Shown here one piece after another: positions 12,591-24,579 of a DNA stretch of 64,000 bases. The stretch is from assembly GCA_010356995.1 (NCBI GenBank), contig ML996701.1:736963-800962 (forward strand). The letters run 5' to 3'. Made by a program: the position numbers and the translations under genes. Source of the DNA: Trichodelitschia bisporula (taxonomy: Eukaryota). The notes below the pieces were generated by a model that worked only from the letters and a program-made list of their open reading frames with translations, did no database searches and was not told the DNA's origin. Every line of letters begins with the position of its first letter. The first letter of the stretch is position 1.

Positions 12591-13270
12591 ATCCATCAGT
12601 CAGAAAGCGCCTTCAAAGAGCCGCGAGCTCCGGTAGGTTAGACACGGAGTACGACAGCAACACCATACCACGTTCCACGATGCATCCCAACCAGGCCACA
12701 CTACGGCCGATTCCAAATTCCCCATCTATCAAATTAGCCTTAATACCTCCCCGCACTCTCCCTTGAGCCCTCAAAAATGCCCCAAATCCGTCCTCCCAAG
12801 CCCCCGCTAACCGGCGATCATAATACCACCTCGTACACCATCTAGAACCATTTCATTCCAGAACTTCTCCGCGCCAACTCCACCAATCCTCTCCTGGGCC
12901 AAGCCGATCTGCTCTGGGAAGCACCCGGCTGGAAGGGAGCATTTAGCCCGCCGGGCCCAAGTATAGAGCCTCACGATATCCGAGCGATGGGTGTGCGCTA
13001 TGAATACTTGCTTGGTGATGCTGTGCTGATGATGATGCTATTCACGATGATGCCGAGGCGGAGAAAAGAGGGAGACGGATACGGAGATGACTGAAGTCGG
13101 CAAGCGGCGGGCGGCCGTGAAGAGACAGAGCAGGAGACGGTATGTATATAAGGGGCCGAATCCTCCACCTAAGAAGCATCATCACCAGCAACAGCATCCT
13201 CAGCATCCTCAGAACCACCAGCACTTCAATCCTTCAATCCTCCCACCAACCAACCACCCAATCAACCAAA

Positions 13271-13692
13271 ATGCATTTCTCCACCATCCTCCTCGCTGCC
13301 CTAACCAGCACCTCCACCATCGCCGCCCCCGCCCCGGCCCCAGCCCCAAACACCCTCTCAGCCCGCGCCACACCCCTCATCGACCTCTGGCAAGACAGCG
13401 GCTTCCTCGGTCTCAAATTCACGGGCAAGAGCAACGTCGGGACTTGTGAGAACCTGGCTGGCAGCGGGTTTAACAACAATGTCAGCAGTGGGAAGGCGAA
13501 GCCCGGTTTCAGGTGCACGATTTGGGTGTAAGTGGTCCAGTGATGAGTGATGAGAAAGGGGATGTGGCTGATGAAAACAGGAACAAGGACTGCGATGGCA
13601 CGGGGTTTAGCTTCAATGCTAATCCGGGGAGCAATCAGTTCCCGTCTTGGATTGATAATAAGAGTAGTAGCTGGAAGTGTGTTGCGGCTTAG
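13271..13692 (+). CDS. Small secreted betagamma-crystallin-like protein (about 122 aa, 4 Cys)
   Basis: Signal peptide and a propeptide ending SAR. Intron 13528-13580. Two repeats LWQDSGF.G...FNNNVSSG and IWVNKDCDG...IDNKSSSWKC. TATATAA at about 13145. Confidence 0.8.
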
Positions 13693-13963
13693 GCTGGGGG
13701 TGATATGGGGATGGTGAGGGGGGTGGGGAAGTCGAGGAGATGGGGAAGTTGAAGGGGATGTGGAAGGGAGCTTGTTTGGATTAATATGCGCTTCTTGTCG
13801 GTCATTACTGTCACTGCATAGGGTCAGAGTTTGAAGTTGTAAAGCTTTGCATTTGTCGCTATCTCGAGGCCTATGTGACCACTATCTGCATCTCAAATCC
13901 TACCCAGATTCTAGATATCTCCCGCGCCCAGCCCAGTTCCGAGATCAGCAGTAATCATAACAC

Positions 13964-15178
13964 CTAGGCAGTGGGAAGTGGGTTGACCGGAACACCAACC
14001 ACAGTGTCAATCGGCACCTCCAGCATCCTCAGATCCACATTGTTGTCCATCCCACGCTGCGGGTTCAGCATGTAGAACATGCTCGCCGTCCAATTGCCCA
14101 TCGAAAACAGCGTCCCGACGTAGTAAACCCCTTCCTTGAAAGGCTGGGGCGGCAACTGAGCGATATCACGGCGCTGAATCCGATTGTAGGTCGGCAGATC
14201 CACGAGGCGGTTCAGATGTTGGTCGTCTGGGTACCGCCCAAAAGAGCGATACGCTTTGCCCAGCGGAGTTTCCATCAGAGGGACGGCGCGACGATCTGGG
14301 AGGCGCAAATTCGACAAGTACCCGATGCGGACCTGGTACTCATCCGAGTGCTGCAAGTCCATCCAGACGGCAAAACGAGGGTTGTCGCACAGATTGCCGT
14401 GCTTGAGCAAGAGGCCCTCGGCGGTCCAGTTCGCCGGGGAGACGTACGTTTGCTGTGCTGGAGCGGATGTGTCCCAGTCAAGGCGGCAGTGCGCTTTGTC
14501 CTGACTGTCACTCGTAACGTCGAAGTCCAAGTGCCCGGTCGAGTCCGAGAGGTTGCCGATGATATTTGCGACGTGGAGCGGGGCCTGCTGGGTCGCTGCC
14601 GTGGTGTACGGGATGACGGCCAGGTTCAACATCTCCGCGTCACGGAAGTACTGCCCGCGGAAGATCGGGTGGTCAGGCGTATTGTGCTGGCCCGACATCG
14701 TCCAGTTCATCTTTTTGGTGATGATCTCGGACTGGTCACCGGGCTTGAGGACATCGGTGACACTAAGGATATCAATATATGGAAACGAAATCTAGGAGAT
14801 GGGAACTTACTGTCCAACGGTAGTATCGACAAGCCCAATGGACAGGTCATAGTCATCGCCACGATTGACGTTGTCCAGGACACGCCAGTACGTGTTGTTG
14901 CCACCAGCACAGTGCGTCCAGATCTTCAGGCTGTCGACGGGGCCGCTGCCAGAGCAGTTGCGAAGACCGGTGTACACACCCTTGACATCTTGATACGCAA
15001 TCGTGAAGCCAACCGCAAGGTTGGATGTCCCCGCAAGGCTGGCATCATTGACGGGAGTGCGGAATTCCCAGACAGTCGTCGGAGCATCGGTGATATTGGA
15101 AGACACCGGAGGCACAGGGAGCGCCAGTGCCGGGAGAACCAGGGCTGCGAGCAACGCCAAACATTTCATGCCCAGCAT
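13964..15178 (-). CDS. Secreted protein of unknown function (about 388 aa), possibly two Alt a 1-like beta domains
   Basis: Signal peptide MKCLALLAALVLPALA. Intron 14763-14810 joins the two ORFs in frame. Several N-glycosylation sequons and two Cys pairs. Confidence 0.75.
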
Positions 15179-15480
15179 CGTGAGAGCTTGATGGAATGCG
15201 CGTGAAAGGCGGACGTAGGCGTGGACTTTCACGTGGATGTAGGCGTTGGCGTGGGCGAAAAAAGGATGGGAGGGTAGATGATGGCGATGAAGACGTTGAT
15301 GTGAAAGCTAAAGCCGAATGTCGGCATTGAAGTCCAATTCACCAAGTAAACTGCGGCATTGAAAAAAAGTCACAGTTAGTCGCTGCTTCTTCAATGAGAA
15401 GCCGCCTCAAGGGCAAAAATGGCAGGAACGCCCTCACGGTTAGCTTAAGTCTGTGATTGCAGTCAAAAGAGACAACATGA

Positions 15481-16960
15481 CTATTGTACATTGAGAGCTG
15501 CAGTTTTGACTGTATATCCGACCTGGCAGACCTGATAATGACCACGAGGGTTATGCTGCTCGATGTTGGCCGCACTCAATGGATCTCCAGTCGAAGTCAA
15601 GTGCTGATCGAGAGTGATGTTCTGGTTCTGCGCTTGCGCAGCGTCTCCGGCTTTCGCTGCACTCGGATCTGCATCCTTGGTCTTACCTGTGTCATCATGA
15701 GTGGTATTTTCATCGGCCTTGTCCTTCGATCCGGTGGTTGATTTCGACATCGGCCTAGTTTGCGCTCTACGCAATGTTAGAGTTCTTACTCGTAACAGCT
15801 GAAAAGGGCATGAGAGTCATTTACCATGTATAATCGACTACCAAGGGAGATGTCTCCGTCAGCGAGGACTTGTATAAAACTGCTTTACTGGTATACAAGG
15901 ATCGAACCCAGTATATATAAGGTGCTCCCGATCACAAAGACTGATGGTTGCTGCTTGGGAGACGTTTTTTTCTTGACAATAGTGTTCGGCGGTAACGGTG
16001 TCGGGATGTCAGCCTTGACATCAGGAGCAGTGGAAAAACCAGTTGTTCTGCCGCGAGCATGGCCTTATTACGCAGTCAACTAGGCATGGAGAGGGCAACC
16101 ACTCGCCTCGCCTCTCGGCCAAGCCATCAAGATCGTAAGTCGTAAAGCAAGCATCACGTATGGGTATCTCAAACTCTCACGGCGTCGAGCTCCTAACCGT
16201 CCCGAAAAAAAGAGTAAAGCCCAGCACCAGTTCAACCTTTCAGAAGGTCACATTGATGGCGTGTACCATCCAGTAGGTGCAGCTAGTATCCCGGTCCATG
16301 CGGCATATAGCCCAGTGTGTAAGCCAATTGGTCCGGAAATTCTTATATAGGTCGTGATCCTCAGGATTCTGGCCCAAGGCTCAGCCCTTGAGCAACGAAG
16401 GACCAACCTAGAGGCAAAGAGACGCGCAGACAGGCGGTCGGAGTTGGTGGAGGTGAGCTCAGTGGAAATCTCCTTGACATGCTTCTCGAGATCCTGGTGC
16501 ATCATCCATTTCCTCTTGAAGCTGAGTTCGTGTTTCTGTGAAAATTTAGAGTTCATCCTCGGAAACTTCGTTGATCTCCTTGTATTGCTCAGCGTCGTCA
16601 AGCGTTTGGTGCAGTGGAGCGTGCGGTGCAAGACTCTGGCGAAGCTGCTGCTCTGACAGGCGACCCAACATTATCTGTATCGCGTCCCGATGGTATTGAT
16701 GAATGGTGTTTTGGCGATGACATGAAGAAAGGAGCGAAGCAGCTCGTTGACGTTGTCGCCGACTTCGGTGATGAGCATCTCGCCGAGCTCATACTTGAAG
16801 TTCTCGCTCGCCTTGACGTAGTGGCGTCTAGGAACTCCTGTAAGGTTATGTAGAACTCGCACATGAGGGTAGTCGTACTTGCTGTTGTGGTACTTGCGGG
16901 GCTTGACCGGTGTTGGGTGAGTTTTAGCTATACTTGATGTCGCTGAGGAGATTTGATATA
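15481..16960 (-). pseudogene. Possible decayed coding relic(s)
   Basis: Coding-like codon usage (PVKPRKYHNSKYDYPH...ENFKYELGEMLITEVGDNVNELL; MSKSTTGSKDKADEN...) interrupted by stops and frameshifts. No family recognised. Confidence 0.3.
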
Positions 16961-17323
16961 TTTTTGTGAGTTGTTGGCTTTGGAATTCTCATGGCCTCCT
17001 CCACGACTAACCTTATGAAGAGTACCTCCATCTCGGAGCTTTGAGTTTGGGTCACCGAACGCGGCCCTCAAACGGCCGGCAGCTGGAATGCGTGAGCAAG
17101 CAATATCCGAGGTTCATTATTCGTGAAGATCGTGACCGATGGTTGCCGGCCGTTTGTCACCGCCAGGATGCATGTCGTTGGCTGATGACATCAACGCCCA
17201 GCGCCGTATATGGGCTTCCCCGCAAACACTCCCGGCCCATGCGACATCCAACACCAGCCAGCACTCCATCAACTCCAACGAGACAATGCATTCCCTCTGA
17301 CCATTTTCGACAAGCACTTCAAC

Positions 17324-18774
17324 ATGCCCAACTCATACGATCCCCAGCTCGTAAGAAGCACGCGTTACGATCTACCCGTCGGCGGCTAACCCCCTAGGAC
17401 GCGTTCGAGCTGTACCATCTCTCGCAAGAAGACCCCCCAAAACCCGCCCTCCTCTCCGGTCCCGCCCTCCCAGCCCTCGGCCATGCCGTCTCCGGCGCAG
17501 CGGGCGCAGCCATCTCCACCGTCCTCACATATCCCCTCTCCCTCGTCATAACGCGTCTCCAGGTGCAGCGACACCTACGCCGGTCCGGTGTGAGCAAAGA
17601 CACCGTCGAGTACCGCAACATCGAAGATGCACTGCGCAAAATCTACGCTACAGAAGGAGGAATAAGCGCTTTCTACGCGGGCGCCTTGCAAGACACAGCA
17701 AAGTGCATGACAGACTCCTTCCTCTTCTTCCTCGCCTACAACGTCGTCCGCGCAAAGCGCCTCCACGCTCACGGGACCAAGAAACTCCCCGTGCACGAAG
17801 AGCTACTAGTGGGCATGCTCGCCGGCGCCATATCGCGCTTCTTCACGACGCCGGTGCAAAACATCGTAACCCGTAAACAGACAGCCGCGATGGTGGACGA
17901 GGACACCACGCGCCAGACGACGCGCGACATTGCGAGGGAGATTCACAGGGAGAAGGGGATCGCCGGGTTCTGGGCTGGGTACAGCGCGACGCTGGTGTTG
18001 ACGCTGAACCCCGCGCTCACCTTCGTGCTGCAGTCGGTGCTGCTGCGCGTGCTGGTGGGGCGGGAGAAGAGGGATGCGCCTGGGGCGAGGATTACGTTTC
18101 TAGTCGCGGCGGTGAGCAAGGCGATGGCTAGCTGCGTTACGTATCCGTTTTCGTTGGCGAAGGCGCGGACGCAGGTGGAGGGACGGGGGAAGACGGCGAC
18201 GAGCGTGGAGAAAGACTCCGTGGTTGAAGAAGCAGAAGAGGGAGCGAAGGAGGTGGGTAGGACGGCGAGGGAAAACGTATTTACTGCGGTGCTGCGCATT
18301 GCGAGGGAGGAGGGCGTGGGTGCGCTGTATCAGGGGTTGAGTGGGGAGGTGTTGAAGGGGTTCTTCTCGCATGGGTTGACGATGCTGATGAAGGAGCGCA
18401 TTCACGCGGTCATTATACAGGTTTACTATGTGGTTTTGAAGCTGCTGAGGCGGTACCCGAACCCGGAGGAGATGGCGCTGGCGGCGAAGGAGCAGGCACG
18501 AGAGACGGCGGGCAATGCGGGAGCGAAGGTTGTGGCTGCGGGGGTGAGTGTGTCTAATGCTGTGCAGGGCGTGGTGGAGAAGGGGCAGGAGGTTATGGAG
18601 GGCGCAAAGGACAAAGGGCAGGAGGTGTTGGGAGAGGTAAAGGACAAAGGACAGGAGATTTTGGAAGAGGCAAAAGTCAGAGGACAGGATGCGTTGGATA
18701 AAGGCACGGAACGGATAGGGTTTTGGGAGGATCGTGACATTTGGGATGATTATCTTGATCCAGATGACGAGTAG
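17324..18774 (+). CDS. ANT1: Peroxisomal adenine nucleotide transporter (mitochondrial carrier family)
   Basis: MPNSYDPQL|DAFELYH (intron 17351-17397), ALGHAVSGAAG, carrier signatures YPLSLVITRLQ, TPVQNIVTRKQ and YPFSLAKARTQ, and TLNPA. C-terminal 11-aa-like repeats (KGQEV..). Confidence 0.85.
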
Positions 18775-19459
18775 TCTTGATTTTACTGTAGGATTTGCGG
18801 ATTCATGGAACGGTCAAAGGAAACATGTAGTTTTAAGCGTGTGTATAAACAGAAGGGCTTTGTACAAACAAAACAATAGGCGACAATGTGGTTACCGATT
18901 GAAGTTTAGCTCTCGCTGTAGGAACAGGACATCTCGTCACACCGTTTCCACCCGTCGTTCCGGTCGCTCAAGTCACACATACGCGTTCGTTGCACTTGCG
19001 TCCGCTTTGCAGCAAATTCACTGGGCGCTGCACCACGGGGGGGAGTTCTCGGGACACCTCTGTTCCTCCACGCAACCAGCGCCAAGCCCAACAGCCCCCG
19101 TCACAAGCATTCGGCGACAACAACTTCGAAACAACCAACGACAACCCGAACGGAGACGCTGCATCGCCAACCTCCCTAACGCCACAACCTCCCCGCCACG
19201 TCTACTAACAGGACGGAATAGCGACATCTCAGAGTCTTTTTGTGACTGAGCCAATCCGCAAAACTACGTCGAGCGCAGGTCCCGCCTGCCCCGCAGAGGA
19301 TGGAGCGCATCTGATCATTCACCAACCCCCGGATCAGGCAACACTAACAATCGACAACAGCACCACGCAACGACACCTGCGACTATCGGACCGGCCGGGA
19401 TACTTGAGGACTACGCTTCGCCTCGCTGCCGGTTTTCAACTTGTGCGATAACGGCTGCA

Positions 19460-21413
19460 ATGGACGGTGCGTCGTCGCCGGCGCCCAAGGGGGGCGTCGA
19501 GGAGGAACTCGCATACTACAAGACGCAGTACGAGCAGCTCGAGCTCGAATTGCAGGACTTTCAGCAGTCGAGCCGAGAACTTGAAACGGAGCTCGAAAAG
19601 GACATTGAAGCGTCCGAGAAGCGCGAGCGACTGTTGAAGGAGAAGGTCGAGAGCCTGGGCTTCGAAGTGGAAGAGTGGAAGGTGGGAGTCTCGGACCCAC
19701 TTTCGTACCATATGCTAACTGTCGCAGACCAAATACAAGCAGTCCAAGTCGGAAAGCAACACGGCACAGAATGCGCTGCAGAAAGAGATCACGACACTGC
19801 GCGAGCAGAACCGAAACCTGCAATTCAAGCTCCGCGACATCGAAGTGGCAAACGACGACTTCGAGCGGCAAGCACGGCACCAAACATCCTCACTGGAGGA
19901 TCTCGAGTCCAAATATAACATGACAATCGAGCGCGGGGTCATGCTAGAAGAAGAACTCAAGCACGGCGACCAAGAGCGCGAGCACCTCCGCATCGAAACC
20001 CAGCGCCTGCGCGACGAACTCTCGGACCTCAAGATAGAATCAGAGATCATCCAGGAAAAGCTTCGCCTCGCGGAAGGCGCCATCGCGCGGCATCACGACC
20101 GCAAGCTGCCCCCGCTGGCGATGAACACGATGCGGCCGCGCTCGCCGCTGTCCGAGGGGTCTATGTCGGCGACCACCCTTCCGTCACCTACGACATCCAG
20201 CCCGCCGCACCCCAAGCTCATCGCGCAGGCTACGCCGCCGTCTCCTCCGCTCTCTGACGCATCTGCCCCGCCGCGTGTCAATCCAATCACACCCGCCCGC
20301 CCCCGCGGAACCATCGACTCGCTCACCACCCCTCGGCCCGCGCAGCGCCCCCGGCACTCCCGCGGCCCATCCGTCAGCATGGCGCCCCGGCCCGCGCCTA
20401 CTACAGCAACAACCCGCCCAACAACCAAACGCCCCCCCCGCCCCTCCCTCTCCGCCGCCGAGCCGCTCCCGCGCTCAGGCTCGCTCTACCAAATCCGCGG
20501 TCTCATTGGCAAAATGGCCCAGCTGGAAGCCAGGGTCCACACCGTACGGTCCAAGCTGCCAGCACCGACGAGTACACCACCGCGCGCGTCGCCGCGGCAT
20601 GGGCCTGTGGGTACGGCTATTCCTTCGTCGGTTACTGTGCGGAGCGCGCGCAAGCGCACGAGTGGGAGTACAGCGAGTAGTGTGGCGGAGTATCCTACGT
20701 CGAGTCTGCCGGTTAGTCGGTTGTCGCTTGGTGTTGGGGCGCGCTCCGCGCCGACGGATCCGGGGAGTATTTCGAGGCCGAGTTCGAGGGCTAGCGTGGC
20801 TAGTTCAGCGGGCGGGGCGACGTTGTCTGGCGTTCCGCTGTCTGGATCTATGGGGGGGGCGGCGAGTGTGGGGAGTCAATTCGCACGCCCACCGAGCCGC
20901 ACCTCCCGGCCGCCCTCGGGGCTCGGACAGTACTCGGCCATTCCCAGCGCTTCGGCAATCCCGGATCACCCCAGGCGGCCACGGAGCAGCATCAGCGGGA
21001 GCTTCAAGGCTATGCACGGCGAGAGCGGCATCGCGCCCCCGTCCTCCATTCTGCGGACAAGTACGCCTGGTCCGCGGATGCACGGGTATAGCCATTCGCA
21101 GAGTGCAAGTGTGGGGGGCGGGGAGGAGGGGGTCGGGGTGGGCGAGTTTGTGTTTGTGAATGCGGGGAGTAGGAGGGGGACGTTGGAGAGGCAGAGTGGG
21201 GTTGGGATTGGGAGTGGGATTCCAGTGCTGGGGAGTGGGATTCCGACGCCTAGGAGGAGGAGTGGGGGGGTTGGTATTGGGGGGACGGGGGGGAGGAGGA
21301 TGAGTGAGGGTGGAGGGGTGGTGGTGACCCAGGATGGGAGTATGCCGCCGCCTGCGATGAGGGGGAGGAAGTTGAGTGAGGTTGGGGAGGGGTTGTTGGG
21401 GGAGACGTATTGA
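19460..21413 (+). CDS. nudE: Nuclear distribution protein NudE/RO11 (NDE1/NDEL1 family)
   Basis: [35 protein letters not shown] coiled coil, [21 protein letters not shown]-like [21 protein letters not shown]. Intron about 19682-19727. Confidence 0.93.
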
Positions 21414-24400
21414 GATTTGGGTGGGTGCATTCTTGTGTCGCTGTATCTAACCAGGGTTGTAGCCTACGTTGGGAGGCATGTCTTGAGCTTTTTTTTTTCT
21501 TGCTGTTATGCTGGGTCGGTACTATGGTGGGTGTATCTGGGCTGGCGGACGGGTGGAGTACGGGTTTTCTGCAATGTTGAGCTTGTGGGGGGTGGGATGG
21601 GTGGCGTGGTGCGGCTTGCGGATGCATTGTTGCTTGGGACGTTGTAGAATGCTTGTGGATGATTGGGGAGAGGGAGACAGATTATACCCTGCGGTCTGGC
21701 TGAGGTGCTGACTGTGGCGACGTGCGCAGACGCGTAGCTTTTTCTTGAGAATCTGATATGAAGAACTTGATTGAGGTGGTGATGATGATGGGTTGTATCT
21801 TTGAAAGAGAAGTCTCCGTCCAACTGACGGAGGAATATGGACTGGATCCATGTCTTAATGATCCCCCACAATATAATCCGTACGAATCCCATAAATCCCA
21901 TCGCCAAATCCCATACGCCTACCCGCGGTTACCCAACTGTCGGGTACCTACCGACGCCGAACCACCCCGACGTGGACAAAGCCTGAGCATTGATGTGGGG
22001 AAGGCGCACATTACTTTTGGGAAGGAACATGATGTCATGCGCGCATGATAGGAGACAGGAGCATAGTAGGATACTTGACATTGTGAGGTGTTGATTCTTG
22101 AGAGTCTCTGACTCTCTTTGTCTTTGACTTCAACTTCAATTTTCAAAGTCGCCTCTGCACGTGAAGAGAGCCTTGCGCCCATTTACCGTAGAACTGCTTC
22201 TCCACGCACTCGACGCCTCTATCGGAACAACCTCCACCACATTCGCCACCCGCGAAGTAGAAATAAGGTTAAATGCCCGTTCCCATTGCTGGGGATGGGT
22301 TTGTAGGGCTGTGGTCTGGATGCACATATCGTACGATTTTATGACTTTGAGGAATGTCCGGGCTGGCGGGGCGGGCCGCTGGCGGGGGGCGCTTGGCGAC
22401 ATTGGTATCCGATTCGAGTGGAATGAGAATGGCATCGAGAATTGCATTGTGCTAGGTAAGAAGAATGGGATTTGGTTTCTAGTGGGAAGGATTATGATGG
22501 ATGATGGGGTTGTGAGGTTGCGCGTGCCTGGCTGTTGTCTCGGAGGAAGCTACGATGGGCGGCTCACCTGTCACAGAACCTGGGCGACTTGACACCACAG
22601 AAATCACGTCGAGAAATTCGATAATATACATCAGAACGTGCTGCAGCACCTCGCGACTCGCATGTCACTTGTACACGCGCACCACGAGGCAATTGAAACG
22701 CGCCCTCCTCACACATGAGACAACAGCGACACAACGTGACAACAAATCCCTCGATATCGCGCTCAGCATCGCGATCGCCGATTCCAACGGGCCAGCTGTC
22801 CCCTTGGTTCTCGACGTCAGCCGGGCTCGAGCGTATTGGGAGGCGTTCACGGGGGCTGGCTCCGGGCGGTGGGTGCAGCGCGGGTCCCCGAAGTCCGAAC
22901 GGGTACGGTGGGGGGCCGATGGGTGCGATGGACCGTACTACGATAGAGGAGGGAACGAGATGGGGTCGGTAACACAGATATCACGAAGCGGGGAGGAGGA
23001 GGCGGAGTTGAGCTTACTGCTTTCTTGCATGCCATGCGAGTGTGCAATGGGGAAGCGTTTGATGCACGTCGCTCGCGCGCTCGTTGTCCCTGGTAAACTG
23101 AGGCACGAGTGGCCGCAGGGTTGCCCGGGTCGCTGCCGATCAGGCACCCCGAGCCGCTTGGGCGTGGCGCTTTACCGTGCGGCTGCTGTGCGGCTGTGCG
23201 CGGTAAGCCTTTTCAACTTTGGGCGTCTCACGAGAGGCTGGGATCGTGCTGAGCTATTTTAGGGGTGTCGTGGAACTGCTGTGAGTTGCTGATGGTGCTT
23301 GGTTGATGATGCTGCGAGTGGTGGTCGTGGGGAGCCTTACAGTAGTGCGGAGCGGTTTGGATGGGCTAGCGGGCAGGGTGCAACGACGTCTGTTACCACA
23401 CTGGATGGTTATGAGGATGGTAAAGGGTGGTACGCTGGCTGTGCCTTCTCCAATATCGCTATCCATATCAATTGACGGTTGATCGCGGGTTGTGCGGCTG
23501 AGGGATGGGGATGTTGGACAGGGTGGGGGGTCCGGAGTGGGGACGGGGTTGGGGAGGGGGGAGAGGAGAAGTGGAGTATCAAAGTTGCTTGGGAGAAAAT
23601 GGAGCAGCGACGTATGCGGCTTCGAGTCTGATTGAGATGTTTCATCAGTGGCGTTGATCGGTTCGTGGCCTTCGTTTTTGCACTGTGGCCTCTTTGCTTT
23701 CCCGATTCAAAGTCCCAACGGGGCGATTTGGGGGACCCGCTGGCGAGGGGATGCGCTCAACAGTTTTGGTCGCTCATATCGGGGTCGACGGGTGGATGAG
23801 GACTGTTGGGACTTGGTAAGGTTTGGGGGAGGAGAGAAAGACACTGCAAAGAGATGAAGTTGGAGATGCAATGGAAGAGAGATCAGACGCCTCTTTTGTT
23901 TCCTCGACGGACGTAGTTCACCCTCTTTCTTGCTCGTCTGATGCGCCATATCCACCGTCGCACCCCCTCGTTCTCTTCTCCTACAGAGCAACCCCAATCT
24001 TCATCCGCACCTCCGCCAGATAGGTGGCCGAGCGGCTGTGCTAGACCACAATCAGCAAGGCGCCGGTTCGGACAACGCTAGAGCTCAACATTGCCATCGG
24101 AGTTGCCAAGACCTTCCATCCCCCCCAAAATAAATCTAGTGATTTCAAGGCTTCGCTTTCCTTTCTCACCTTCTTGCTTGATCTCTCACTCCCTCCTCAA
24201 CCTGTCTGTTGCTGTTTCTGCTTCAGCTAAATAGTCGCTGCTAAAAGACTCCCCATCCTTCCTCCATCACCATCATCGTTCCCCCACTGCCCCAGTGCAT
24301 CCTCCCGCCTTCTCTTTCCCCGCTATTTACCTCCACTTCAGCCGCGGGCTTACATCTTCTCTCCCTCGTGTATATCCAGGCCAGTCGGCTCCGAGCGTTG

Positions 24401-24579
24401 GCTCCTTTAGCACGTTGTAATACTCTTTCTTACCTTTCTGTTGAGCGTTGCCAGTGTGCCCGTAAGTGAACTTTTGCAGCTCTGTTTCCTAGCTGAACCC
24501 GTACGCTCAAAGTCAACCATCGGTCCGAACGGTTCCAACCCGTAGTAATCCCTAATCCTCTTTCCACATAGTCGACTCA

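Noticed and set aside
10250..13200. Short ORFs and small palindromes in the 3-kb intergenic region
   Set aside because: ORFs lack coding signature and the stems are short enough to occur by chance; treated as divergent promoter DNA.
21900..23300. ORFs 22136-22447(-) and 22555-23262(+)
   Set aside because: No motifs and no supporting splice structure; probably ACC1 upstream regulatory region.
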